In this document: in pieces, positions 51,523 to 64,000 of the stretch
How positions within the stretch are numbered: the first letter of the stretch is position 1
Layout of the letters: every line of letters begins with the position of its first letter
Origin: Schizochytrium sp. TIO01
Taxonomy: Eukaryota > Protista > Bigyra: Labyrinthulomycetes
Assembly: GCA_004764695.1 (NCBI GenBank)
Contig: SMSO01000014.1
Coordinates: forward strand, 5,156,845-5,220,844
Reading direction: 5' to 3'
Length of the DNA stretch: 64,000 bases
Notes under the pieces: model-generated
Databases searched by the model: none
The model's input: the letters and a program-made list of their open reading frames with translations, nothing else
What the model was told of the DNA's origin: nothing
Program-made: the position numbers and the translations under genes

Positions 51523-54500
51523 ATGGAGGAGCACAACAATGTGGTGACACAAATCGCTGCTAATAACGCAACTCCAAGTGTGGCCACTGCTGTCGTCGTG
51601 GCAAATAAGGCTGTTTCTAGCACAGGTTTGACCTCAGGGCCTTCACATGGTCGCTGGGTCTTCCGCGGAAGGCCTGCATCCGTGACAGGCGTAATTGCGT
51701 GGCCAGCGGGGCTTCCCGTATTGCATCCATCTCAAACTTTGCGTTTACTGGAAGATCGCGTCAAGAAGCGCACAATTAAAAATTTTGTACATTCCTATGA
51801 CAAATGCTTCACAGGAGAAGATGTCATTCAATATTTAGTTAAAGATAGGTACGTACTGAAAAGGAGGCGCAAATATTTACATTGAATAGCCTTCCACCTA
51901 CATTCCTCTCAAACGTGGCGCATGGTCAAGCACTCAATTCAATAAACTAACTTATTGTATTTTATACATACGTGGAAATGAAAATCAATGCGTGGAACCG
52001 TGGAACAATTTACAATCCGAATGGCAAACAGAAATAATGAAAGTATCCGAACGCACGCACTGGTTGTGCTCGAGTACCTCGAGAATAGTGGCATCCTTGT
52101 ACCCGTAGGTCATGGGAAAAAGTTCAAGTCCTGGACGCAACGGCTTTTCCGAACTGTAGATGTTTATTCTCTGCAATACCATAACTATGGAGCAGTCTTT
52201 GTTCATGTGGATAATGCGGATGGCCTCATCGCAGACAACATGTCAGGCACCTCAAACCCGTCAGCAGAGGTTCGTCTTGGGGACACTAAAATATCAACTC
52301 CAATAATTCGCCGTGATCTAAATCCGGTATGGAAGTCCACATTTATTTTCTTCGTACGGTTCGAGATGTCTGTTGATGCAGACCGTAGCGGTCTCGCTGC
52401 AGTGAAACGGCCTGTCCTTAACTCTCGGGGTTCTGAAAGAGGAGGCTATCAAGTCGAGGCTCCACGTCTGGAAAGTACTCTGAGCTCTGTGAGCATGAAT
52501 GCGCCTGAGGAGAAACTTCTTGAAGCAAGGGAAATGGTAGCACTTGGCCGCGGCCAAGGTGGCACCGTCACGAATGGTAATGCAGGCATGCATTCTCAAT
52601 CTCCTAATTTGCCACCAACAAAGCGCTCAGAACTTGAGCTCTCTATCGAAGTTTATGCCCATCGTTCCCCGCGCGGACGAATGGGTATTGGGCGGACATC
52701 TTCAATTCCCTTGCGAACTGTACGGGCACAACGCAAATCACTGGCAGACATTTGTTCTGTTCAAGGCATGACCCTTAGCCTCTTTCGAAAACGAGTCAAA
52801 GACAAAAATGTACTCTTGGCTGCCAGAACAGGGTTTAAACAAGGCAAAACAGCTATGGACTCAGTTGAAGACGGAATCTCCAGAAGTGCCAAGGCCGCAG
52901 CAAAACGCGTTATACAGCGAAGCCAGAGCTCCAATGATGGAGGTACTAGTGGTGGTAATGGCGACGCGGGTTTAGGAGACCTATCTGACCTTGACAATGA
53001 TGAGGATGATTCTTCAGAATTCGACTCTGAGGAGGAGTTTCGTCCACCTGATATGGAGGGCCCCCCTCCTCGCCTCGAAAGGTCTAACACTTGTACAAGT
53101 ACCAGCAGTGCTCCCAAAAATGCATATGATTTTTCTGATTCTGAAGAATCTGCTTTGTTACGCGCTCTGCAATTGAGCGAGCCCTATTCTGACCAGGAAT
53201 ACGATCATCACTTTGGAGGCGCAAAAGGCAATAATTCAAACCTTCAAATGAGTCCTGCATCACGGCCTATGAGCGTGTCACGCAATGGACAGGACTGTAC
53301 TAAATCTCCTGCTCACCAAAATCAACAGCAAAATGGCGGACAACACTACACAAACTCAAAATTAGGTCAGCTTGAAGTACGTTTGGCATGGGTTCAACTT
53401 GTACCTGATGCTGCTTCTGGGGCTTTCTCGCCAAGTCCCCTGTGCCCACCTCGATCTGCTTCAGGAAGCATTTCAGATCTTACCGAGCTGCATCTTCCTC
53501 CACCTAATATCACAATGGTGGATCAACAAAATGAAGAAAGTATACCTCTGGTAAGCGCCAATAACACACACTCTGTCACACCCGGCCTTGCTGCTGCTGC
53601 TGCCGCTTCTGCTGCTGCTAATATTGCTACAACTACCACTACTGCTAATTCGAATGCAAAATCGAAACCTGGTCATACAAGCCTGCCACGGCCCCGTTTA
53701 TTTCAAAAACGAGACTCCTCGCGTATGCCCGGGCAACCCGCGCTTGAAGATTCTGCGCAGTCTTCAAGTACTGTTAGTGAAACTACTGATCGCCCTAAGT
53801 CTCTCAAACGCCAGACCTCGAAATTAAACCGGATCCTGACGCTGCGCTCGAAGAAGCCCCAGGCAACATCAGTTGTTCTTGGCGACATGCAAGGAGGCGA
53901 TGCATCAGAATTGGCTCGTTCACGTAAAGTTCAATACAGAGAGCAACGAAGGCAAGCTCTCATGTGTCATGTAGAACGTCGGGCTGCTATTGAAGCTGCT
54001 CTTGAAGACTTTAAAAAGAGCAGTCACAAAACAACAAAACGCAGAAGTTCAATTAGCTCATTGCAAGACATTGGGAATGGTGTTCGTACCTCGAAAGAGA
54101 TATCTGAAGACGCTGAAGCTGAATTAGCTGTGCGCTGCTTTTTATTTGAATACCCTGTAGAAGCATTCAAACTCCTTGCAGGAGAAGATCAACAGATAGT
54201 ACGTGCTATGTGGATTACCTTGGCGCCTTTATTACCTCCTCTGTGTCACGCATTGAATGCGCATCAAGTCTTTGATGCCTTATTACTGGCACAATTTGGC
54301 AACAAGCTCAACCGTAAGCTTGCTATGAGCAGTCAGGTGCGTGCACTTGGCTTTCCCGTATTCGAAATTTATGTTCGTAGCTTGAAAGCGTCGTCTTTGT
54401 CTCTCGAGAAAGCAAAACGGAAGGCTGTTGCAGACTTTCCGGCTCTTCAACGATATCTCGCAGATGGTGAAAAGCTTGTCTGTATGATGGACAAGGTCCG

Positions 54501-56736
54501 CGGCGGACGTAGTCAGGAGACTGCATATCGTCGGTCCCAATATGGTGGGCGTTTGTTTGTGACTACACGTGCGGTATATTTCGCAAAAAAGCACACGTTT
54601 CATTCAAATGAGCTAGTCCGGGAGGATCTTTGGAATGCTGTCCAGGTCCTCGAAAGCAACGGCTCTGTCGATTTTGGACTCATGATTGGGTTTTCGAATA
54701 AGGTCAATCGCGAGGAAAATATTATTAACATGAGCGGCAGTACATCACCTTCCATGCTTCCAGGGTTCCTACCTTCCAAAGGAGGTTATAGTGGTGATCA
54801 GCATCAACATGCAGAGAACCCACGTGCACCAAGCCCGTCGCCGAGCCCGAGTCCAAGCCCATACCTCGGTCCGTCACAAGTAGGGGCATTCCAGAATGAA
54901 GAAACTGGAGAGTTGCGGACAGACATGCCCAATATTGATGATCTAATATCGCGACTTGCAGCAGATCGCCTTCTGGATGATGAAGACTATGAATTCGAGG
55001 ACTTTGACGATGAAGAAAATGACAGCGAACCGCCTGACGGGCCCGGATTTCTGAGTCGTGCTTCGAGCGCGCCTGAGAATTCATCACACGGAGCCAGTCG
55101 TTCTGAAGACGAATCTCCAAATCTGAAAGAAGGCAAAACCCCAAGTCCAGGACGGTTTGAGATTGTGCTGCCGCGTAAGACGATTGCACGCTACGTGGTG
55201 TACCGTTTCCCTGCTTACGGTACCTGGAGACGCCGTGATGTTGACATCCTCAAGCTACGTGCGCTCATTGCTGTACGCATTTTTGTTGAGCACGTGCTCA
55301 GTGTTGTGCTTGAGAAGTACATTGTGAAGATTGAAACTGTAGGGTCAGGCGTAGAGATCAGCAAGCCAACGATGCTTGCTGCAAGTCGCGAAGCTGCTGG
55401 AGAGGTTGCTTTAGCTGACTTACAAAGCTTTAAGGCTCTGGTACGAATGTCAGAGAAGCGCGACTGGGAGTGGCTGGATGGTGTTGATACTTTTGAAGCA
55501 TTTGGCGATAAATGGTCTTGGAAACGCTGGTCTCCTTTAGCCTTTAATAATCTTGTGTGCTCTGCAGTGCAGCCGCATACTAAACGAAGTGAGAATTTAC
55601 GTGCACGCGCAAACGAGAGCCTGTTCACCCTCGCAATAGAACTCCTTAAGCAGGTAGCATCAGCAAAACAATATTCAATCACATGGAGCCGCGGGTTCAC
55701 AAAAGCTGTAAACAAAAAGGATGAAATAAGCAACTCTTCACTGGGAAGTGCTCCCCCGCCCACAACTGCGAGTTCTGCTCATGCGAGCAGAACTCCTCCG
55801 CAGGCCAGGACCTTGCAGAGTTCCATTTCTGAGGATACACTATATGATGCCTTAGATGATGACGATGCTGCAACAAATGCGTCTGCAACCTCGACCGCTT
55901 CTGTGGAAGCTAATTCAGATCTTTTGAAAGCTGGATACCGTCCTGATCTGGCTTCTTCAGTAGGTTCTTTAAACTCGTTGAATTGGAATGAGGTTGCAAG
56001 CCATGGTTCGTTATATTCAGCGAGAACATCTCCAGCTTTGCTCGAGAGTGTGGACAAGTGGTGGCTAGAGCAAACAAAGCAATTGCAGTCAGATATTGTT
56101 CGCTCTGCCACACGTCTAAAGAGTCTCAGTCAAAACATTGATTTGTTTATGAACGTACTGCTCCCTATTAAGAATGTTGCCCATGACACAAAAGAGATTT
56201 ATCATGCAGTTATCACATGGGAAAGTCCTGGCTTTACGATAGGTCTCGGCATTGTGAGTTTCGTCTTGATTGTTTTAGGGTACACTGCACATCTTTGCGG
56301 AATCCTGATTGCTGCAGTCGCGCTTTACCTCTTGCACATGCGTCATGTAAGAGATAACGAGGGTTTTCGCAAATTGTATGTTCCACCTCGCCAGAAGAAG
56401 ACTTTGCTGGAGAAGTACCGCGGCATTAAAGAGAAGTATCAAGTTGCAAAGAAGGTGCTCCAGCGCATAAACTTGGTATTACTTCGAATCCGCTCGGTGT
56501 TGACGTGGGAAAACGAGAGAGTAAGTACGCATGTAACTTGTTGGTTTATTGCACTTGCTATGATCCTTATAATAACTCCACGGATGGTGTACGAACTGGC
56601 TGTATGGGTCTACATATTTACGAAGAAGTTTCGTAGTGGTCGTTTCCGGCGTCGTGTGATAGCATATCTCACAGAATTGTGGAATGAGGTACCACCTGCG
56701 CCCTTATGGGAAAAAATTGAGCAACACCAGTCTTAG
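51523..56736 (+). CDS. DEP + C2 + GRAM/PH + C-terminal MCTP/PRT_C-like transmembrane protein, 2 exons, ~1676 aa
   Basis: Exons 51523-51848 and 52032-56736 (donor GTACGT, branch ACTAAC 51946-51, acceptor CAG 52029-31). Splicing rebuilds the DEP domain (CFTGEDVIQYLVKDR/NNESIRTHALVVLEYLENSGILVPV). C2: VHVDNADGLIADNMSGTSNPSAEV...DLNPVWKSTF. GRAM-like: GEKLV...GGRLFVTTRAVYF. C-terminal TWE-TM...IRSVLTWE-TM. Confidence 0.85.
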
Positions 56737-57729
56737 AGAACGGGGGGTCTCGATCTTGGACGGGTTTCTCATCGATTTATTCCCATGTCTTATGAATTAA
56801 TTTATTATTCTTTTTCTCTCTCTTCTTTTCCTCTCTTTAGGGCCTAGGATAAAATTATTGGATCTCTCATGACTACAATGTATAAAATATATTATTCTCA
56901 TTGAGACATACATAAATGTCTTCGAGCAACAATTAAATTTCGTTACACCATATATTTGAATTATCAATATACTCTTTCCTTTGTTGTATTCATTTTTATA
57001 AAATAGGGCACAACAGTAAGATTAGCTCTCAAGAATGGTATATCAATTGCAGATGAAGAAGCAAACAATTGAAAATATTTAGCCTTCACATGTTTTTGAC
57101 AATAAGGTAATTTCTTTGCGCTCCTGGTGACGTGGGGGATGAAGAATGAAGAACGAAACGCAATATTTTCCCTAAATATATCGAAATGGACTTGGGCCAA
57201 ACATTTTCTAAAAAGAGGTTGTATTAGTGACACTATTAAACCCCGTTTACAAGTGTCGTGCTGTAAAAAGAGTCTAGAAACCCTGAACTGGCAAACTGAA
57301 GTAGAACAGACTCTGCTGTGCCATTCACTCAGTAGCACAAGGAGGAAATATTGACAGCTCTGTATCCAATACAAAAAGAACTAGCATTTATCCCTGTTTC
57401 CTCTCCTCAATAAATTTTCGAATTCGAACGTTGGTGGTTTCAAGATACAGGATAATGAGACACCTCGCTAGAATCATCTCGTGGGCTATGATTCTAGGTT
57501 CAAAAACGAAAAATAAGAGCAATATGCTCATCACGACCCAATTTCCAAATAAGTATGTGAGCACCATGTATGAGCTACCGCCTCGTGTTTGCCTGATCTA
57601 GTACATCTTTCACAAGCAACAAAGTCACAATCGGGATGAACTTGACTTGATCTATCATGTTTTCTGTGGTATCTTGACGAGATTAGGACCTACATCCTAT
57701 CGGACTGCTATTTAAAAAAAATATATAAT

Positions 57730-58858
57730 TTATGCCGAAGAAGGTTTCTTGGCATTCTTTGCGGTCTCTGGGCTTTCCTTGAGCTGTTCCTTGCTGAGCG
57801 GGAAATCAAACGAGTCTGCGCAAAAGACATCTTCGAATGCAAACCTTGGTGTCTGTTTCCTCTCAGCCTGATCTCCTTGCTGAATCTCTTCATCGCTCAC
57901 GCCTACGGAGACCACCAGTGGAACACTGTACCTACCTTGTGGCACGCCCAAAGCCTCCTTGATCCGCCTCGAGTCGAAGCCCTCCATTGGGCATGAGTCA
58001 TAACCGTGTGCAGCTACAGCCAGCATGAACGTTTGTGCCGCTAACATGGAGCTCTTTGTAGCCCAAACCTCTGCAGAGGTTGGAACTGTAGGTGCCTGAG
58101 TAACGTGCGAGAGTGCTTCCATAAGCGCCTTCTTCACGCCCATCTCTACGCCTTGCGCCGCCCCTCCCAGCTTACCCAGTTGCTCCTCACCTGCGCCGCC
58201 AAAGCCCAGCATTGCCTTCAGCAGGGATGCACCCTCATTCCCCGCAAACTTTTCGCCTCGCACCGCCAGGGGGCACATCACCGTCAGCGTTGTTATCCCC
58301 GTTATCACCGCCCGAGGCAGAGCTTGGATAGGCGCCAGACGAGGCATTCTGGTGATTGCGGAGCGAATCAGAGGGGACACCACCACGCCAGCCCAGTATG
58401 AAGCTAGCATCCGCGCGGAGGTTGGCGATCTCGTGTTCGGTGAGGGAGCCAGCTTGGGATCGAAGCAGGTGCTCGAGGTCGTCCAAAAGGCGCCAAGGCT
58501 CGAGGTCGCAGAGAAAGACGGCCGTAGCAGGGGCCCTTAGCACACGGCGGATGTTGGAAGAGGTCATACAGTAGGCCAGCTGGTGGCGCACGTAGGCATC
58601 GCGTACAAGGACCACGCGGTACGGTTGAAGATTGAAGGCAGAAGGGCTACGCTGACAAAGTTCAAGAGCATCCAGGAGAACAGGACCTGGAACAGGTTCC
58701 GAAGCGGAGAATGAGCGAGCAGCACGACGAGAACGAACGAGGGCACCAAAAGAAGCGGGGTCCGCAGGAGAAGTAGAAGCAGTAGCAACAGAAGAAGAGG
58801 AGGAAGAAGAAGAAGGTGAAGGTGACTTGCCTAGCAGACGGCACAGAGCACGCCGCAT
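57730..58858 (-). CDS. Nitroreductase-family (FMN-dependent) protein split by one frameshift, ~375 aa
   Basis: N-half (58858-58235 frame): RSRRAARSF and RSPSAFNLQPYRVVLV. C-half (58410-57730 frame): SMLAAQTFMLAVAAHGYDSCPMEGFD, YSVPLVVSVG and TPRFAFEDV. The frames overlap in a Gly/Asp-rich linker. Confidence 0.8.
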
Positions 58859-59767
58859 TTTGGAGAGATGAGTTGATTGAAGAAAAGAAACAACAACACC
58901 TACACTACCACGATAGAAAAGGAACCTTGTCTTTGTTATGGGCTGCCTAAGTCTAAATTGCCTGCCTCGTTGCCTTCCACCGTTATGAAGGTTGTCGATA
59001 GCTTATGGTGGTGCAGCAGAACCCTCTCCATGCAGGACCACTTATGGGATTGCTTTTGCTGGCCTACTGGCTGCTCATAGTAAAAGATTCTTTTCTTTTC
59101 TAATTAAAAAAAGACTGAGCCACTGCTGTGGCGTGATCACATGGCAATACTACTACCTATAATGGAAGGGCTAGGCGAGTAGATAGATCGCAATTCTGCG
59201 AGGCAATTCTGCGAGGCTCACTCATTCAACTAGGAAAGGAATTCTGAAGAATTGCATGGCTACCAGCCAAATAAAATCTCTAGACGTTTGGTTACGCGAG
59301 AAGGGAAATGCTGAGAGAGCACAATGGGAAAGAAGTAAGTAAATCTCTGATTATATTTGCAACAACAAGAGTTGGTTGGGTTGGCGCATAATGCATTTAA
59401 GGAAGACAAGGTTTTGGTTCTTGCGGGAGATTAATTCAGGCTAGTAGGGACAGTCTTTTTATTCTAAATGGGAAGAGGTATATGGCATGCAACCAGCAAG
59501 AGTACGAATGACACTTATGTAAATCTTTAATCAGTTTGCATAGCTCTGTACGGTTTGCATTGAAAACAACAAAAAAAACAGGACCACTTAAAAATAGAGA
59601 AGGAGATAACACGATCAGACACGGCGAGGTGTGCCAAATGATTTTCTGACTGAGATCCTCATACCTTTTTTCGAATCTCCTCAAGTTGCATGAAACAACA
59701 GCGCAATAGTTAGAACTATCATGGAAAGAACAGTGATTGGTACGAGATTTTGAGAGTATTTATACTA

Positions 59768-61079
59768 TTACGTGTAAACGGTTGGGAAACTGTAATTGTA
59801 AGTAATCTTATGCTTTGGCATATTTGGCACAGGGTTACGCCCAGTTCCATGCAATGAAAGCGGTCCGAAGAGAGGATGTACATCATAGCCTAACCGTAAT
59901 GTGACAGAAACATCGCGCAGATCCTCCACAGAGTCCTCAAGTGGGTATTTGATGAAGTCTTGTCCCTTGATATGAGCAAACTCCTTATCAGTAATAATGG
60001 CGTCGAACAATACCACGCCGTTTCGGATCTATCAAAGTTCAATTGGAAGCAAACAGGAGAAACGATTCAGGTTAGAGTCCTTCAAAAACACTTCTCCGCA
60101 AAACTATATCTAAAATAGTGACTTACGTGCTTGTTTCCACGGTAGTCTGCCATCACAAAAACAAAAATCTGCTTCGTATTCCACGTCCATACAGGGGTTA
60201 AGTCTGTTATAAACCACGGAGAATAATAAAATTTTGAGTTAGTAATGCAACGAGTTTGTTTTGTAGCGAAGGAACTTACCCATATCAAGGTTAAAAGTCA
60301 AAATAGCACGGTCAGCTCCGCGGAATGAATGCCTGTGTTAAGTCAACCCAAGGGTGAACTCAAGATGCCACATAGGAAAAGATTGTTAGGAATTCTCTTA
60401 CTCTTCACCCCATTCCGTTTTCAAACAGACTTACAAGCGACGAAGCTCATGAACCTCAAAAGTATTCACAATGGGAGGTTTCTCTTCAATGATTGATGTG
60501 CTGTAGACAAAGCAAACGTGAAGCAAAATCAATTTGTCAGTGCCCAACTGTTATCAATTTCCATGCAAGCTTGTCCTTGTAGTACAAATCGTACCAGATA
60601 AAGAGTATGCCCGGTACGCTTTTATGTGAGGACGTGAAGCAAAGTAAATGTAGTCCACATGGATGTACTTTTCACATTAATCGACATACCTGAAAACATT
60701 TAGGAATGCGAGTGCCGCTAGGGTACCGAGACCTGTTGAAGTGTAACATAAAATTTTAACATACATCGTCCCACATCACAGCAGTTCTTACCCACGCCTT
60801 TCGTCAGTTTTCTATTGGACTTTCCCAGAAATGTTTATCTACCTGACTTCTTCAGCCCAGCAAATTACGCAAGGATGTGCGCACGCATAAGATACACGAA
60901 TAGCTACTGTAGAATTGTTAGCTTGACGGTGTTGCAAGCTGTCTTCCCGCCTGGCGAGCCATTAACGACATCCGTTTGTCTGCACTGCGTCACCGAAGTA
61001 ACCGCAGAACCTGTCAGGTTGCAAGGTCTCACATACCGAAGAAGAGTACCGCGTTTGCGCGGATCCAAAACGAATGCAT
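59768..61079 (-). CDS. SPCS3: Signal peptidase complex subunit 3 (SPC22/23), 6 exons, 180 aa
   Basis: Exons 61079-61037, 60732-60690, 60500-60435, 60332-60280, 60203-60127 and 60028-59768; all GT-AG; 543 nt in frame. Reads MHSFWIRANAVLFFGLGTLAAL...DRAILTFNLDMDLTPVWTWNTKQIFVFVMADY...VVLFDAII...KYPLED. Confidence 0.93.
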
Positions 61080-61653
61080 CGCGACGACTGTGTCAACGGC
61101 GAGCCTTGTTTACAAACAGGCAGACCAGTTTGCAACGAAATCGTCAAAGAACAAGAAGAAGAACAACAGAAGTAAAGATAATCACAAAACAACTTACTTT
61201 AAATAGGTAATTGTTCCCCACCCAGTAGATATGAAATGGGTATATTCGACGAAATCTCGATGACCTACTTGAAGAAGAAGAAAGAGCAACATATTCAAAG
61301 GGCACCTTGAAAGTTATTAGACCTCATATACTTCAAGCCCACCCTTTCCCTTTCGCAGGAGGCATTGCACAGCCCTTGCTTAGTGGAATATCGCAGAACC
61401 CCCGCGATCATCTATTGACAGGATATATTTCGTCACTCAAACCACTTTCATGTAACTCCGGATTGTGTTCCCACGACTCAGTCAAAATAGAGCTTAGAGT
61501 TGATAGATCTTGTAGAGTAGAATCGCGAGACCTAGTGGTAGCAAAGCACAGTCCGAATACTTAGCAAGCCACCAAAGGAGGTCTCTCAGAAATTGCACTT
61601 CAAAATTGTCTACGCAGGCATAAGTCTTTCCCTTTTTAGTTGGATATAACGTC

Positions 61654-62142
61654 ATGCCTTTGGAGACCCTGCTGAAGCGAGTTAGTCGTACGCTTCTTCG
61701 TGTGTGGACTTGGTGCGCTGTGCTTGTTCAAAGTGCTGTTCAAAGATTTCAGGCTAAGTACACGAAGCCAACTTCACAAGCTTTAGTCATCCACGAAAAG
61801 TTCCGATGGCAACTTCGTGAAAAGCCAACTCGACCAGCTCGAGCTCAATTACCAGATGATCTTGTGCCACTGATCATGGACTATCTCAATGCTCCTGAAC
61901 TCTGCACAGCATCTTGTGTAAATACTTTATGGTTCTTTAACTCTTATGCTGATCGACGCTGGGCCCGACTTTGCATACACGATTTTCATGTGGAGCCTAT
62001 ATCCGTATCTGGTTATAATTCCAAGCGAATCGGTGCACGTACTTTGTACAAATCTATCATTGAATGCCACGGAAGTCTCTTTGGACGTGGTATGTCCCCT
62101 TCAGAACTCCCAAGGGTCTCTGCTGACATTTTATCTTACTAG
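61654..62142 (+). CDS. Small F-box protein, 162 aa
   Basis: F-box motif QLPDDLVPLIMDYLNAPELCTASCVNTLW...DRRWARLCIHDF; divergent from SPCS3. Confidence 0.8.
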   Translation: MPLETLLKRVSRTLLRVWTWCAVLVQSAVQRFQAKYTKPTSQALVIHEKFRWQLREKPTRPARAQLPDDLVPLIMDYLNAPELCTASCVNTLWFFNSYADRRWARLCIHDFHVEPISVSGYNSKRIGARTLYKSIIECHGSLFGRGMSPSELPRVSADILSY

Positions 62143-64000
62143 CTGCTTAATACATGTAAAACAATATGCTGAATTTTTGTGAAGAACAGCGCTATCGGAC
62201 GCAAACCGTGATTAGTCAGAATGTTTGTTTTAACTCCTATTATTACCAAGTCTCTTTAGTACTTTAAACATTGATTTGGTGTGTCATGCCAATAGAATCT
62301 ATGCATCTACACTGTCTACACGAACTAATGTTATTCCGCTTTTTTTTCCTCCTAGCAAATCATGGGTTAGCATTCCTGCCTGGTCTCCCAAACAACTAGT
62401 GTTGATGGAGATTCTATCTAAACCATTGCAGTAAGGGAATAATTGTGTTGCTAGAAATAGGGATTTCTTTTTGGTTTCTTCTTTGATTGAAAAAGATCAA
62501 TTCTTTTACTGGTTTACAATTTACAATTTTTTCTAATTTAACATGAAGGCCTGCAAAAACATGTTGAAAATGTTTTGAGGAACTACGCTATTTAGAAGTT
62601 TGGAAACCACATTAAAGAGAGCTAGAAGATTTCAGAACCTAAAGTGTCATAGAAATCATGGTTGGCTTACTTATCCATATAATATTAGACGTCTTTTGCA
62701 GTGTATATACCATCTCCATGCCTCGTACACCTCTAATATTCGCAAATAGTACTCTGCAGAAGACGTTTCCGAGGCAGAAAGGTCATCGACATGAGTACTA
62801 GTGCTGATGGAATGCCTTCAATATTACCTTGTTCGGAGTGCCTTTGTTTTAAACGAACACTGATGTTAATACTGTAACTATCTTTTTCATTTATTTTGCA
62901 CGTATATAAGCTATTGTTGGAAGAACTAGATGAATTAAGACACAACAGCAAGCGGAAACCAACGACGCATTCCAACCTTGGAGCTATATTTTCTTTTTAA
63001 AAGAGAGTAAAAAGTTGAATGCACCTTGAAAAATGAGCATTCCTTCTAATTACGTTAAGGAAGTATTCATCAAGAAAGCTGCTTCTCTCTATTACATGGC
63101 GTCTTCTTTGAAATACGATTCGTATTCCTCTTTTTGAAACTTTTTTCTTTGAAAACAAGGCTAAGAAGACATGGGAGTACTGTACTGTTGATAAGATTTG
63201 AAAAAAAAGGTTCGAATATTGAAACACACACACAAAAAACTTTCTAAACAAATATCCGTGGCGATTACAAGCTTTCTTCCATCGTTTTCGTTGATTTTGT
63301 GTTTTCACAACGATAAAAGTGAGGTCAAAGGTAAACAGATTAACGTAGTGGCTCCTTGTCCAACTCATGCATTTGTGTTGACTAGATTGCATACGCACAC
63401 ACGTGTCATTGATTTCTCACTTCTGGCCGGTGGGAACCTCGTTGACATTTTCTTATGAACACCACTCCCGGTTCATCAGGAGCATAGGAATAATCTCCCA
63501 TTTCAGTTGACATAGCAGAGTCTAACAGAATTCCTGCACTTTACAGCTCAGGCCAGTTATTGGAACCGTTGTTCATAATTTAATTGTAACGTCTTCATTT
63601 CAACTGGCCTTATCTGCTTTCCATGCTTGAATTGTGGTTTTTAGATTCGTGAGAGCCATCGACTGCTGAACGATCGAACGGACCTTTTCCCAAGACAGTT
63701 ACTCCTATATATTATGTTATCATGTCAACTCCAGGTTTTGACCCTTTGTATGTGTCTCCTACCGTTCGATTAAGCAAAAGAATAAGTAATTCTTAATTAT
63801 AGAAATTGAAAAAAAAGAGAAAAAAAAGCTGTTCCTATGATGTTGGCTCTCCTTGCTCATTCTTTTGCCTTTCTTTAAAGTAGCTGATTCGTCAAGCGCG
63901 TGTCCTCCAAAAAGTCGCAGGCGTTTCGACTTGCTTGTGTTTCCCCGCTTGATTGTTCAAGCTTCCCCTTCTCGTTGCTGTTTTCAGCTTCTTGCTTTCA

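Noticed and set aside
62733-63458. Short ORFs near the window end
   Set aside because: AT-rich, no domains, and no coherent exon chain.
1-64000. CRISPR array, rDNA, telomere, endogenous virus or intact transposon
   Set aside because: No repeat-spacer structure, rRNA motifs, telomeric arrays, capsid/polymerase/transposase/RT ORFs, LTRs or TIRs were recognised by eye.

Overview
Eukaryotic, gene-sparse DNA with spliceosomal GT-AG introns carrying strong CTRAC branch points and dense 4-5 bp microsatellites. It resembles a stramenopile protist, probably a thraustochytrid (inference from genome texture only). Genes supported from sequence: a TAF4-like TFIID subunit (14718-18344); a 4-exon mitochondrial [2Fe-2S] ferredoxin with an 8-nt microexon encoding a cluster-ligating Cys; a 3-exon selenoprotein K missed by the ORF track (in-frame UGA in CGGGG-U-GR, well-formed SECIS in the 3' UTR); a TVP38/TMEM64 (VTT/DedA) membrane protein; two hypothetical proteins; a decayed coiled-coil + PD-(D/E)xK nuclease + kinase (Crinkler-type) pseudogene; a ~1676-aa DEP-C2-GRAM-transmembrane protein; a frameshifted nitroreductase; a 6-exon SPCS3; and a small F-box protein. 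The long gene deserts are mosaics of GC-rich coding-like islands, AT tracts, microsatellites and short TpA-dense patches. No rRNA, complete tRNA, CRISPR or intact transposon was recognised. All exon coordinates were derived by hand.
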